A program made the translations under genes and the position numbers. From the NCBI GenBank assembly GCA_964508985.1, contig CAZDWP010000001.1:1654-44675 (forward strand): a stretch of 43,022 nucleotides of DNA, in the 5' to 3' direction. The stretch comes from an uncultured Herbinix sp. Its GTDB lineage: Bacteria > Bacillota > Clostridia > Lachnospirales > Lachnospiraceae. The notes beneath the pieces are model-generated. The model saw only the letters and a list, made by a program, of their open reading frames with translations. It searched no databases and was not told the origin of the DNA. The stretch's first letter is position 1, and the number at the start of each line of letters is the position of its first letter. Below, piece after piece: positions 27,714 through 37,471 of this stretch.

Positions 27714-28952
27714 CTATTCCTCCATCTTTTTAAAGATTATACTTGCATTGTGGCCGCCAAAACCTAGGTTGTTGCTCATCACATAGGACAGATTGCTCTC
27801 TCTACCTTTATCAGGCACATAATCTAAATCACATTCCTCATCAGGTTCCCTAAGGCCTATGGTTGCAGGTATAAAGCCTTCTTCTATGGCTTTGATACAG
27901 ACTACCGCTTCAACCCCTCCCGCAGCTCCAAGTAAATGCCCTATCATGGATTTAGTCGAGCTAACAGGTATATTGTAGACCTCATCTTTGAATGCAGTCT
28001 TCATAGCCATAGTCTCCAGTCTGTCATTAATAGGTGTGCTTGTGCCATGGGCATTTATATAGGAAATATCCTTGGGTTCTATACCGGCTTCCTTCATGGC
28101 GTTTCTCATGGACATTGCTCCGCCGCGTCCGTCGGGTGACGGTGTTGTAATATGATACGCATCACCGGTTGCCCCGTAACCTACTACTTCAGCATAGATT
28201 TTAGCACCTCGCTTCTTTGCATGCTCGTATTCCTCCAGTATCAGGATACCTGCTCCTTCGCCCATAACAAAGCCATCTCTCTCCTTATCAAAGGGAATTG
28301 AAGCCCGTAATGGATCCTGGCTAAGCGATAATGCTGTAAGAGCGCTAAAGCCTGCCACTCCAAGAGGGGTAATAGAGGCTTCCGTACCACCGGCTATTAT
28401 CACATCTGCATATCCATGCTTAATATTTCTAAAGGCTTCACCAATACTTTGGGTTCCGGTAGCACATGCGGTAACCACATTGCTACATATGCCCTGGGCA
28501 CCAAATTTAATTGCAATATTTCCTGCAGCCATGTTGGTGATTGTCATCGGAATAAATAATGGATTTACTCTTCTTGGACCCTTTTCAGTTAAGATTCTTT
28601 CTTGTTTCTCTATGTTCTCGAGACCACCTATACCCGATCCTACAATTACTCCAAATCTATCCTTATCAATGCTTTCCAAATCTATTTTAGAATCCTCAAT
28701 TGCCTGGGTGGAAGCGGCTATTGCAAACCATGAAAAACGTTCCATCCTTTTTGTTTCCTTAAAGTCCATATATTGCTTAGGATCAAAATTCTTAACCTCC
28801 GCAACTAGCTTAACAGCATATGACTCTGTATCAAAGCCTGTTATATAATTAATACCGCATACTCCTGCCTTTACATTTTCAAAGAATTCATCCACGGTGT
28901 TGCCTATGGGTGTTATGGCTCCTAAGCCTGTAACTACGACTCTATGATTCAT
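27714..28952 (-). CDS. fabF: Beta-ketoacyl-ACP synthase II
   Basis: RVVVTGLG, TACATG, INAHGTST, KSMIGHLLGAAG, GFGGHNA. Start at ATG 28952. Confidence 0.96.
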   Translation of the reverse strand: MNHRVVVTGLGAITPIGNTVDEFFENVKAGVCGINYITGFDTESYAVKLVAEVKNFDPKQYMDFKETKRMERFSWFAIAASTQAIEDSKIDLESIDKDRFGVIVGSGIGGLENIEKQERILTEKGPRRVNPLFIPMTITNMAAGNIAIKFGAQGICSNVVTACATGTQSIGEAFRNIKHGYADVIIAGGTEASITPLGVAGFSALTALSLSQDPLRASIPFDKERDGFVMGEGAGILILEEYEHAKKRGAKIYAEVVGYGATGDAYHITTPSPDGRGGAMSMRNAMKEAGIEPKDISYINAHGTSTPINDRLETMAMKTAFKDEVYNIPVSSTKSMIGHLLGAAGGVEAVVCIKAIEEGFIPATIGLREPDEECDLDYVPDKGRESNLSYVMSNNLGFGGHNASIIFKKMEE

Positions 28953-28980
28953 ATTATTTCCCTCCATATTGCCTTTCGTT

Positions 28981-29721
28981 CTACATAACCATACCGCCAT
29001 CAACCTGAAGGACCTGGCCCGTTATATAGTTAGCTGACTCTGATGCTAAGAAGCTTACAGCCCCCGCAACTTCCGTTGCACTACCAAACCTACCAAGAGG
29101 AATACTAGCTATAGAAGCTTCCTTAATCCTATCCGGCAATATGTCGGTCATATCGGTCTCTATAAAACCTGGTGCTATAGCATTTACGGTAATTCCTCTG
29201 CTTGAAAGCTCTCTGGCGGCTGACTTAGTCATACCGATTACACCTGCCTTTGATGCGGCATAATTTGCCTGACCCATGTTTCCAGCAATACCTACGACTG
29301 AGGATATGTTTATTATCTTTCCAAATCTCTGCTTAAGCATAATTTGGGCAGCATGCTTCATACAAAAAAATGTTCCCTTTAGATTTATATCTATTACGCT
29401 ATCAAATTCCTCTTCGGTCATCCTTATTAAAAGATTATCTCTATTTATCCCTGCATTATTTACTAGAATATCGAGTGTTTTATATTCCTTAACAGCTTCA
29501 ACAATCAGATTCTTAGCTTCTCCTTCATTGCTTACATCAGCCTTAATGGCTATGGCCTCACCGCCTGCATTCTTAATAGTCTGTAGAAGTTCCTCCACCT
29601 GACTAATACTATTTCTATAATTTAATACAAGCTTTGTATTATAGGCGGCAAATTGCAGAGCTATTGCTCTTCCGATGCCTCTTCCAGCACCGGTAATTAT
29701 TGCTGTTTTTCCACTAAGCAT
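28981..29721 (-). CDS. fabG: 3-oxoacyl-ACP reductase
   Basis: TGAGRGIG, LVNNAGI.RD, YAASKAG, VDGGM. Start at ATG 29721. Confidence 0.96.
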   Translation of the reverse strand: MLSGKTAIITGAGRGIGRAIALQFAAYNTKLVLNYRNSISQVEELLQTIKNAGGEAIAIKADVSNEGEAKNLIVEAVKEYKTLDILVNNAGINRDNLLIRMTEEEFDSVIDINLKGTFFCMKHAAQIMLKQRFGKIINISSVVGIAGNMGQANYAASKAGVIGMTKSAARELSSRGITVNAIAPGFIETDMTDILPDRIKEASIASIPLGRFGSATEVAGAVSFLASESANYITGQVLQVDGGMVM

Positions 29722-30679
29722 ATTCTTCTCCATTTCCATTTGGCTTTCCATGAAGAGCTGATACAGTCTTTTCAAGGGAAGTCAAATCCTCCACGTGATA
29801 GGAATTAAGTCCACGGTCAATCTTCTTAACAAAACCAGATAGCGTCTTTCCGGGGCCGATTTCTATGAAGTTCCTGATACCATCCTCTACCATTCTTCGG
29901 ATAGTCTGTTCCCAAAGAACGCTACTCATTACCTGCTTATAGAGCAGAGCCTTTACCTCATCCACGCCATTTATATAATCTGCAGTTACATTACTGATTA
30001 CAGGAAGCCTCATGTCCCCTAGTGGCATATTATCCAGTTCAGCCTTTAAATCATCAGCGGCAGGAGCAAGCATCTTGGTATGAAAGGGTGCACTTACATT
30101 AAGGGATATACATCTAAAAGCTCCTAGCTCCTTAGCGTATATTGATGCCTCTTCCACAGCTTTTGTCTCTCCTCCGATTACAATCTGACCGGGACAATTA
30201 AAATTAGCAGGTTCCACTAATCCACGTTCCTTGGCTCTATCGCAAGCCTCTCTTACCTTATCCTCAGGAAGCCCAAGGATAGCACACATACTGCCCTTAC
30301 CTTTCGGGACAGCATTTTGCATGAATCGGCCACGCTTTTGTACCAATGGAACAACCTGTGACAGACTAAATACTCCGCTAATTGTAAGCGAAGAATATTC
30401 TCCGAGGCTTAAGCCGGCAGTTACATGAGGATGTATATCATATCTTGATAGTGCATTGTAAGCCGCTAAGGACATGGTTACAATTGCAGGTTGTGTATAC
30501 TCGGTGCGATCAAGCTCCTCTTTATTTCCCTCGAATATTTTGTCTGATAACTTTATATGCAGGCTCTCATCAGCCTCTTCAAATACTCTTCTACATTCTG
30601 AGAATTTCTTATAAAGCTCTTTTCCCATACCGATATACTGAGAGCCTTGACCGGGAAACAGATACGCGATTTTATCCAT
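29714..30679 (-). CDS. fabD: Malonyl-CoA:ACP transacylase
   Basis: FPGQGSQ, TQPAI, GLSLGEY, RGRFMQ, VSAPFH, EIGPG. Start at ATG 30679. Confidence 0.96.
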   Translation of the reverse strand: MDKIAYLFPGQGSQYIGMGKELYKKFSECRRVFEEADESLHIKLSDKIFEGNKEELDRTEYTQPAIVTMSLAAYNALSRYDIHPHVTAGLSLGEYSSLTISGVFSLSQVVPLVQKRGRFMQNAVPKGKGSMCAILGLPEDKVREACDRAKERGLVEPANFNCPGQIVIGGETKAVEEASIYAKELGAFRCISLNVSAPFHTKMLAPAADDLKAELDNMPLGDMRLPVISNVTADYINGVDEVKALLYKQVMSSVLWEQTIRRMVEDGIRNFIEIGPGKTLSGFVKKIDRGLNSYHVEDLTSLEKTVSALHGKPNGNGEEYA

Positions 30680-30740
30680 AGCGACCTCCAATTTTAATAT
30701 ATTAATGGAAATTTATCTTTAGCATACAACATACTTAATT

Positions 30741-31667
30741 TCAATTTCTATTAAGAAGTTTATTAGCTTCAGTCATTATTTCGATAATTATATCTTTGCA
30801 ACTTTGTTCCTTGTTTATAATGGAGGCAATCTGGCCAGCCATTATGCTACCATTATCCATATCGCCTTCTAATACAGCCCTTGCCAGTGCCCCCGCACCA
30901 AGCTTCTCATATTCGTCAAGAGGAGCTAATACTCGATCAAGTTCTCCAAATCTACGGCTTAGCTTGTTCTTAAGAATTCTGACCGGATGTCCCGTACGTC
31001 TCCCTGTAACAATGGTATCTATATCCTTGGCATTTAGTATCTTACTCTTGTAATTATCATGAACAGTACATTCGTATGCGGTTAAAAATCGGGTACCTAT
31101 CTGAACGGCATCTGCCCCAAGCATAAATGTAGCTGCCATCCCTCTTCCGTCTCCTATCCCTCCAGCGGCTATAACCGGAACATCGACTGCATCGACAATC
31201 TGTGGGACAAGTACCATGGTTGTTAATTCACCCACATGACCACCTGCCTCGGTACCTTCTGCTACCACAGCATCAGCACCACTTCTGACCATTCGCTTAG
31301 CAATAGCGACAGATGGGACTACGGGTATTACTTTAATATTATGAGCCTTCCACATATCCATATATTTGCCAGGGGTACCGGCTCCTGTAGTGACTACCTT
31401 AATTCCTTCATCACATACCATCTTAGCCATTTCATCCGCATATGGACTTAAAAGCATGATGTTGACTCCGATAGGCCTTGAAGTAAGTTCCTTAGCTTTA
31501 CGCACCTCTGCTCGAATCAGTTCCACAGGAGCTGTTCCTCCCGCTATAATTCCAAGACCGCCTGCCTCGGAGACCGCAGCTGCCAATGAGGCATTTGCAA
31601 TCCATGCCATTGCCCCCTGGAATATGGGATATTCTATTTTTAAAATCTCACATATACGTGATTTCAT
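30741..31667 (-). CDS. fabK: Enoyl-ACP reductase II (FMN-dependent)
   Basis: YPIFQGAMAW, AEGTEAGGHVG, AAGGIGDGRG, GTRF, MAGQIA; located in the fab cluster. Confidence 0.95.
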   Translation of the reverse strand: MKSRICEILKIEYPIFQGAMAWIANASLAAAVSEAGGLGIIAGGTAPVELIRAEVRKAKELTSRPIGVNIMLLSPYADEMAKMVCDEGIKVVTTGAGTPGKYMDMWKAHNIKVIPVVPSVAIAKRMVRSGADAVVAEGTEAGGHVGELTTMVLVPQIVDAVDVPVIAAGGIGDGRGMAATFMLGADAVQIGTRFLTAYECTVHDNYKSKILNAKDIDTIVTGRRTGHPVRILKNKLSRRFGELDRVLAPLDEYEKLGAGALARAVLEGDMDNGSIMAGQIASIINKEQSCKDIIIEIMTEANKLLNRN

Positions 31668-31714
31668 TCCCCCACTCCCATCTACAAAGAATTAATTTTA
31701 TGCAGTATCAACAA

Positions 31715-31948
31715 TTATTCTGCCTTTCTTTTCTCAAGATAAGCTTCGATGTCACCTATTGTATTTATACTCTCAGTATCTTCAGTAGGAATCTCTATAC
31801 CAAATTCCTCCTCAAGGCTCATAATTATCTGGAACAGATCCAAGGAATCCGCATTTAGGTCATCCTTTAATGATGTCTCCGGCTTTAGATCACTAATGTC
31901 TACTCCTAATTGTTCTACTACAACCTCTTTTACTTTGTTTAAATCCAT
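31715..31948 (-). CDS. acpP: Acyl carrier protein (77 aa)
   Basis: DLNADSLD phosphopantetheine motif, LEEEFGIEIP. True start ATG 31948 after AGGAGG. Confidence 0.95.
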   Translation of the reverse strand: MDLNKVKEVVVEQLGVDISDLKPETSLKDDLNADSLDLFQIIMSLEEEFGIEIPTEDTESINTIGDIEAYLEKRKAE

Positions 31949-31989
31949 GATATAAGTCCTCCTTAATATGATTTTGTCTTGTATCAATA

Positions 31990-32002
31990 TTTGATACTTA
32001 AA
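31990..32002. promoter_or_regulatory. Possible secondary FabT-like box upstream of acpP
   Basis: TTTGATACTTAAA resembles the TTTGA-N3-TCAAA box at 33651. It overlaps the palindrome GTATCAA-TAT-TTGATAC (31981-31997). Confidence 0.4.
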
Positions 32003-32057
32003 GTCTTGTTTATCTTGTATTTTATCAGCCGAGTTCATACTCGGAATAAAAACCCTA

Positions 32058-33110
32058 TTAGCTCCACTCAAGTAGTATGGAACCGCTTGTCATTCCCCCG
32101 CCAAAGCCAACCAAAATTATCCTATCTTTCTTCTTAAGTTCGCCGCTTGATACCAATTCATCCAAGGCTATTCCCACACTTGCTGCAGAAGTATTACCAT
32201 AACGGTCCAGATTCATAAAGAACTTATCTATTGGCATTTTGCACAACTTCGATGCCTGATCTATAATTCTCTGATTCGCTTGGTGTGGTATTATATATGT
32301 TATATCCTCTTTCGTCAGCTCTGTCATGTTCAAAATATTATTAATATTGTCGGTTATGGTTCGGACAGCGTATTTAAACACCTCTTGCCCAAACATCTTT
32401 ATTTTGGGCTGCCTAAGCATTTCAATCTTAGGTAGCTTAAAACCTCCTTGTTTGGGCATATCATGCGTCTTTAGTCTTGACATATCCTGCACCCCAGTAT
32501 TCACATAGGGGTTTTGCAAAGGAAGGGCATTGCAGGTTAAAAGGCTACGCTTACTGCCATCCGCCTCTAATTTTGATGCCAGGATTTTGCTTCCCTCACC
32601 AGCTTTTGACAGCACAACGGCCCCAGCACCGTCTCCGAATAGCACACAGGAGGATCGGTCCTCCCAGTCAAGCACTTTTGATAATGTCTCGGAACCTATC
32701 ACAAGCACATTTTCATACATACCACTCTTTATAAACTGCTCAGCAGTTACTATCCCATATATCATTCCGGTACATGCGGCTACCAAGTCAAAGGCCGCTG
32801 CATTTACGGCACCCAATCTATCTTGTACTATGCAGGCACAGGATGGCATGAAATAGTCCGGAGTAATTGTTGCACATATAATTAAATCTATATCCTCCGG
32901 CTTAAGACCTGAGCTTTGTAGGGCTCTAGCCCCTGCCTCGTATGCCAAATCCGAAGTGCTCATACCAGTTGAAATCCTGCGTTCACAAATTCCTGTCCTT
33001 GTCCTTATCCACTCATCACTTGTATCTAGAAGATTGCTTAAATCATCATTTGTCATAATATGCTCCGGCAAATAACTTCCGGTACCTATTATATACACAT
33101 TGCTCATCAT
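32058..33110 (-). CDS. fabH: Beta-ketoacyl-ACP synthase III
   Basis: DTSDEWI.TRTGI, AACTG (Cys), LFGDGAGA, PHQANQR (His), GNTSAAS (Asn), GFGGG. Confidence 0.95.
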   Translation of the reverse strand: MMSNVYIIGTGSYLPEHIMTNDDLSNLLDTSDEWIRTRTGICERRISTGMSTSDLAYEAGARALQSSGLKPEDIDLIICATITPDYFMPSCACIVQDRLGAVNAAAFDLVAACTGMIYGIVTAEQFIKSGMYENVLVIGSETLSKVLDWEDRSSCVLFGDGAGAVVLSKAGEGSKILASKLEADGSKRSLLTCNALPLQNPYVNTGVQDMSRLKTHDMPKQGGFKLPKIEMLRQPKIKMFGQEVFKYAVRTITDNINNILNMTELTKEDITYIIPHQANQRIIDQASKLCKMPIDKFFMNLDRYGNTSAASVGIALDELVSSGELKKKDRIILVGFGGGMTSGSILLEWS

Positions 33111-33134
33111 GGTGTCCTCCTGTCGGTGCTGATA

Positions 33135-33593
33135 CTACTTAGTAACTAAAGGCGTATAAATATCCTTCAGATGCTTATTCAATTTATGGAGTGCTGTAAG
33201 TAATATTTCTTCCTCTTCATCGTTAAAGTCTTCCATAATTTCCTTTACCATATCCATATGAAATTTCTCATGTATACGATAAGCAAGCTTTCCCTTATTG
33301 GTAAGACTGACATTAACAATTCGACGATCAATTTCGCTTCTGGATCGTTCTACATAACCCTTCTTGATTAGCTTATCTATGGCTGTTGTCAGAGTACCCA
33401 TGGTTATATCCAGCTTAAAGGCAATCTCAGACATAGTCTTTGAACCATATAGGCCAACCGCTTCTATTGTATGAATTTCCGTTATTGAAAGGTCATTAAA
33501 TGCACCACTCTTAATCGAATACTCCTCAATATGGGTAATATCATCATAAATCTCCACCAGTATTTTATTGATCTCTAAGAATTTATCCTTCAC
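33135..33593 (-). CDS. fabT: MarR-family fatty-acid synthesis repressor
   Basis: DLSITEIHTIEA, TMGTLTTAIDKL..KGYVER.RS..DRRIV..LT.KG, HEKFH; first gene of the fab cluster; GTG start after AGGAG. Confidence 0.88.
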   Translation of the reverse strand: MKDKFLEINKILVEIYDDITHIEEYSIKSGAFNDLSITEIHTIEAVGLYGSKTMSEIAFKLDITMGTLTTAIDKLIKKGYVERSRSEIDRRIVNVSLTNKGKLAYRIHEKFHMDMVKEIMEDFNDEEEEILLTALHKLNKHLKDIYTPLVTK

Positions 33594-33634
33594 TTAATCC
33601 ACTCCTAAATAATTATTATGAAATTTTTAATTAA

Positions 33635-33667
33635 TTTGTATTGCAAATAGTTTGATAATCAAAATAT
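33635..33667. promoter_or_regulatory. FabT operator(s)
   Basis: Perfect palindrome TTTGAT-A-ATCAAA (33651-33663) and an adjacent degenerate copy TTTGTATTGCAAA (33635-33647), directly downstream of the -10 element. Matches the FabT box known from streptococci/enterococci. Confidence 0.75.
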
Positions 33668-33691
33668 ATAATATAATATATAATATGTCAA
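33663..33691 (-). promoter_or_regulatory. Sigma-A promoter of the fab operon
   Basis: Minus strand TTGACA (33691-33686), 17 nt, TATATT (33668-33663). Confidence 0.75.
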
Positions 33692-33707
33692 GAATTATTT
33701 TTCGTGA

Positions 33708-33837
33708 TAAGCGGATTAATCCATACAAATCATCCCATTATAGTGATATTACTTCTATCACAATATAATGGGATGATTTGTATGGATCAGCGTAACGCGA
33801 ACGAAAAAGTCGAAGACTTTCGAGTTTAATCCGCTTA
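33708..33837. repeat. 130-bp multi-stem palindromic element (MITE/REP-like)
   Basis: Outer 12-bp IR TAAGCGGATTAA/TTAATCCGCTTA; inner 24-bp perfect IR (33719-33742 / 33764-33787); mini-hairpins GCG-TAA-CGC and AAAGTC-GAA-GACTTT. Confidence 0.8.
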
Positions 33838-33856
33838 CTATATTATTTATAAGCTT

Positions 33857-35965
33857 TTATAATTCATACAAGAGCTCTCCATAGGATGGAACGGGCCATA
33901 GCTCCTTATCAACTATACACTCTAGAGCATCAATAGGAGCACGAAGTGCCGTCATGGCTGGCCTAACATTATGATAGAAGAATTCTGCTCTTTCCTTTAA
34001 TTCAGTCATAGTATCAGCCTCAACCACTAGGTCTTGTAGTGCCTGTAATGATGTCTTAGCCTCAGCCAGAAGCCTGGAAGATTCCATAAGCAGCTCCTTC
34101 TGTACATACATATTTGCATCAGGCATAGCATCCTTTACAGCGTTAATTGACTCGGCAAGAAGCTTTGTATACTTAATAACAGCTGGTATATACTGTACGC
34201 TTGTCATCATAATCATGGTTTTTGCTTCTATATTTATTGCCTTGGAGTAGGAATCATACATTACATCCCTACGAGAATTCAATTCGGACTTTGATAACAC
34301 CTTATGTTTCTCAAACAAATGTATAGTCTTATCTGTAACTATCGAAGGTATTGCTTCCACCATAGATCTAAGATTGAGAAGTCCTCTCTTTTCAGCCTCA
34401 TCAATCCATTCCTTCGTATATCCGTTGCCGTTATAGATTATGCGTTTATGCGTGGTTATGGTCTTTCTTATCAGCTCGTGTACTTCTTTGTCAAAGTCCT
34501 TAGCCTTCTCTAGCTCATCTGCCATATCGCAAAGCACATCTGCCACTATGGTATTAATTACGGTATTAGCAGTTCCTACAGACATGGACGAGCCAACCAT
34601 TCTAAATTCAAATTTATCACCCGTAAAAGCAAACGGTGATGTGCGGTTCCTATCGGCACCGTCCTTATAAAGCTCTGGAATCGAATGAACGCCTACGTTT
34701 ATTCTTACACGCTCACCACTTCCAGTAGCTTCTCCATTCTCTACCACCTGATTTAATAAATCCTCAAGCTGTGAGCCCAAAAATACTGAAATAATCGCTG
34801 GAGGAGCTTCATCCTCTCCAAGTCTATGATCATTGCCCGGATTTACCGCAGATACTCTAAGAATATCACCGTAAAGGTCCACTGCCTTAATAACAGCTGA
34901 TAGAAACAAAATAAACTGAGTATTCTTATGAGGTGCTTTTCCCTGCTTTAACAAATTCACACCGGAATCAGTAATCATGGACCAGTTATTGTGCTTACCA
35001 GATCCGTTTACCCCTGCAAAGGGCTTCTCATGAAGAAGGCATACAAGATTGTGACGGTTTGCCACACGTTTCATACACTCCATAACTAGCTGATTATGAT
35101 CAGTGGCAATATTTGCTGTAGAATAAATCGGTGCCAGCTCATGCTGTGCAGGAGCCGTCTCATTATGCTGCGTCTTTGCAGTCACTCCCATTTTCCACAG
35201 TTCTATATTTAGTTCCTTCATGAACGAAGCTACTCGCTCTTTAATACATCCGAAATAATGATCCTCCATCTCCTGACCCTTAGGAGGCATAGCCCCAAAT
35301 AAAGTTCTTCCTGAGTATATAAGATCATCGCGCTTAAGATATTTAGCCTTATCCACGAGGAAATATTCCTGCTCCGGACCGACTGACGGACTTACATGTG
35401 TCACATCAGTATTGCCAAATAATCTAAGTATACGAATGGCCTGAGCACCTAAAGCTTCCATAGATCTAAGAAGTGGTGTCTTCATATCTAAGGCTTCCCC
35501 AGTATAGGAACAAAATGCGGTGGGAATACATAATGTTACGCCCAAGGCATCTTCACGCAAAAATGCTGGTGATGTACAATCCCAGGCGGTATAGCCTCTT
35601 GCCTCGAATGTAGCACGTAGACCACCGGATGGAAATGATGAAGCATCTGGTTCTCCTTTAATAAGCTCCTTACCCGAGAATTCCATTATAATTTTTCCGT
35701 CAGATGTAGGGCTTAGAAAGGAATCATGTTTCTCAGCTGTAATTCCTGTCATAGGCTGAAACCAGTGGGTATAATGAGTCGCCCCATGTTCAATTGCCCA
35801 GTCCTTCATGGCATTGGCGACCACCTCAGCCACACCTGGATCAAGATCTTCACCGTTTTCAATTGTCTTCTTTAAAGCCAAATAAATTTTCTTTGGTAGT
35901 TTTTCAATCATTACAGCATCACTAAATACGTCAATCCCGAAAATATCAGTCAATCTTTCTGACAT
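33857..35965 (-). CDS. glnA: Glutamine synthetase type III
   Basis: [75 protein letters not shown]; ~700 aa. Start at ATG 35965. Confidence 0.95.
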   Translation of the reverse strand: MSERLTDIFGIDVFSDAVMIEKLPKKIYLALKKTIENGEDLDPGVAEVVANAMKDWAIEHGATHYTHWFQPMTGITAEKHDSFLSPTSDGKIIMEFSGKELIKGEPDASSFPSGGLRATFEARGYTAWDCTSPAFLREDALGVTLCIPTAFCSYTGEALDMKTPLLRSMEALGAQAIRILRLFGNTDVTHVSPSVGPEQEYFLVDKAKYLKRDDLIYSGRTLFGAMPPKGQEMEDHYFGCIKERVASFMKELNIELWKMGVTAKTQHNETAPAQHELAPIYSTANIATDHNQLVMECMKRVANRHNLVCLLHEKPFAGVNGSGKHNNWSMITDSGVNLLKQGKAPHKNTQFILFLSAVIKAVDLYGDILRVSAVNPGNDHRLGEDEAPPAIISVFLGSQLEDLLNQVVENGEATGSGERVRINVGVHSIPELYKDGADRNRTSPFAFTGDKFEFRMVGSSMSVGTANTVINTIVADVLCDMADELEKAKDFDKEVHELIRKTITTHKRIIYNGNGYTKEWIDEAEKRGLLNLRSMVEAIPSIVTDKTIHLFEKHKVLSKSELNSRRDVMYDSYSKAINIEAKTMIMMTSVQYIPAVIKYTKLLAESINAVKDAMPDANMYVQKELLMESSRLLAEAKTSLQALQDLVVEADTMTELKERAEFFYHNVRPAMTALRAPIDALECIVDKELWPVPSYGELLYEL

Positions 35966-35983
35966 ATGCTTTCCTCCCACCTT

Positions 35984-36637
35984 CTACTCTAAATACCATT
36001 CGTCCTTTCCTGTATCCTCACCCTCTGATACAGGCATATATTTCTTAAATACCAGCTCCATCATAAAGGAATTAACTAATACAATAGTAGCCGGTGCTAT
36101 AAATATAAAAGGACTAAAGAAATACATAATAACCACAGCGATTGCATTTACTATAATCATTAATACAGTAAAATGTATATGTCGCATAGACATATATACA
36201 GCTGATTTTATTAACTGCTTTATAGTCATATCAAATCTTGACAGAATAGGAAATATATATTGTGTAAAGGAAACAACTAAAAATGTTATTCCAATAAATA
36301 CACCCATTAGCAGCGAGCCTTTTGTACTATCCGGTGCTGTTAAACCATAAGCATATGCTAAGTCAAATCCTAAAATCACAAATATGATTACCATTAACAC
36401 TCCTACTATCGAGGCTCTCTTAAAATTAAGCTTAAACGATTTAAAAAATTCTCTGAAAATATATCCTCTTTCTTTACGAACAACCTTCACTATAGTGTAA
36501 TACAAAGCTGTGCTTGCTGGACCTATTGTAATAATTGGTATACATAAGAATATATATACAATGCTTATAAACAGCATATCAAATATTTTGCTCAGTATTG
36601 AAAAAAGTGGGTTATCCATGTTAAAAAAATTACTCAT
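35984..36637 (-). CDS. YesL/DUF624 family membrane protein
   Basis: LCIPIITIGPASTALY, FFKSFKLNFK, FPILSRFD. Start reassigned to ATG 36637. Confidence 0.85.
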   Translation of the reverse strand: MSNFFNMDNPLFSILSKIFDMLFISIVYIFLCIPIITIGPASTALYYTIVKVVRKERGYIFREFFKSFKLNFKRASIVGVLMVIIFVILGFDLAYAYGLTAPDSTKGSLLMGVFIGITFLVVSFTQYIFPILSRFDMTIKQLIKSAVYMSMRHIHFTVLMIIVNAIAVVIMYFFSPFIFIAPATIVLVNSFMMELVFKKYMPVSEGEDTGKDEWYLE

Positions 36638-36731
36638 TATTCTTCTCCCTTTTCGTAATTCTATATTTCTGTAGCTTATCATGTATTTTAACACAAGTTG
36701 TGTTTATATTAAAGAGAAAATATTTTAAGTA

Positions 36732-36758
36732 AAGAACCGTCCAATTTGAACGGTTCTT
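36732..36758 (-). terminator. Rho-independent terminator after rubrerythrin
   Basis: Stem AAGAACCGT/ACGGTTCTT (9 bp, 9-nt loop) followed by a T-rich tract on the minus strand. Confidence 0.65.
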
Positions 36759-36763
36759 GTAAA

Positions 36764-36776
36764 GGTACCTGGTACC
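36764..36776. repeat. Single GGTACCTGGTACC REP-like unit
   Basis: Intergenic mini-palindrome sharing the 12-mer GTACCTGGTACC with both arms of the 8048-8114 repeat. Confidence 0.55.
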
Positions 36777-36789
36777 ATTAACTTATTTA

Positions 36790-37383
36790 TTAAAAGCAAT
36801 CATCAAGAAGCTGGAAGTAGGTCTGTGGATGTACGCATGCAGGACAAATATCTGGTGCTGCATCACCCTCATGGACATAACCGCAATTTAGACATTTCCA
36901 GAATACCTTTCCATCCTTTTTGAATACTGTACCATTCTCTATATTCTCTAAAAGCTTTAGATATCTTTCTTCATGATGTTTTTCAACCATAGCAATAAGT
37001 AGAAAACGCGCTGCAATATCATTAAAGCCCTCTTCCTTAGCAGTCTTAGCAAAAGCAGGATAGTCAACATCTGCCTCCTCATGCTCTCCGTCTGCTGCAG
37101 ACCTTAAATTAGCCATAGTGTCACCGTATGCAAATGGATATGTAGCATTGATTTCTACTGGTGCAGGATTCTCGCCATCAAGGTGCTCTAAAGCTAGCTT
37201 CATAAATACCTTTGCGTGCTCCTTCTCATTTTCAGCTGTCTCCATAAATATGTTTTGAATCTGCTTATATCCCTCTTTACCTGCAACAGAAGCAAAGTAG
37301 GTATATCTCATTCTAGCCTGAGACTCACCCGCAAATGACTTCATTAAATTCTCTAATGTCTTTGTTCCTCTTAAGTTACCCAT
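36790..37383 (-). CDS. rbr: Rubrerythrin
   Basis: FAGESQARMRY, ENEKEHA, GEHEE, EKHHEERY; rubredoxin domain WKCLNCG...CPACVHP. Confidence 0.95.
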   Translation of the reverse strand: MGNLRGTKTLENLMKSFAGESQARMRYTYFASVAGKEGYKQIQNIFMETAENEKEHAKVFMKLALEHLDGENPAPVEINATYPFAYGDTMANLRSAADGEHEEADVDYPAFAKTAKEEGFNDIAARFLLIAMVEKHHEERYLKLLENIENGTVFKKDGKVFWKCLNCGYVHEGDAAPDICPACVHPQTYFQLLDDCF

Positions 37384-37471
37384 GTATATATCCTCCTTTT
37401 GTATGATTAATATGTCAATAATAGCTTCTTCTACGAATTATCAATAGAACCTATATTGTATAGGTATAGGT

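Noticed and set aside
31949-32071. N-terminal extensions in the ORF track for acpP (also fabF, fabG, fabZ, the permease and DUF624)
   Set aside because: Downstream ATGs have well-spaced SD sequences and give family-typical lengths; the extensions are longest-ORF artefacts.
23688-33593. fab/acc cluster as a type II PKS or secondary-metabolite cluster
   Set aside because: Gene set and order match the housekeeping FASII operon; there is no chain-length factor or tailoring enzyme.
33661-33685. TA-rich microsatellite-like run
   Set aside because: It is the -10 element and spacer of the fab promoter; the repeat is imperfect and gives no evidence of phase variation.
33708-33837. CRISPR array or tRNA interpretation of the palindromic element
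   Set aside because: No direct repeat-spacer periodicity, no cas genes, and no tRNA D/T-loop consensus.
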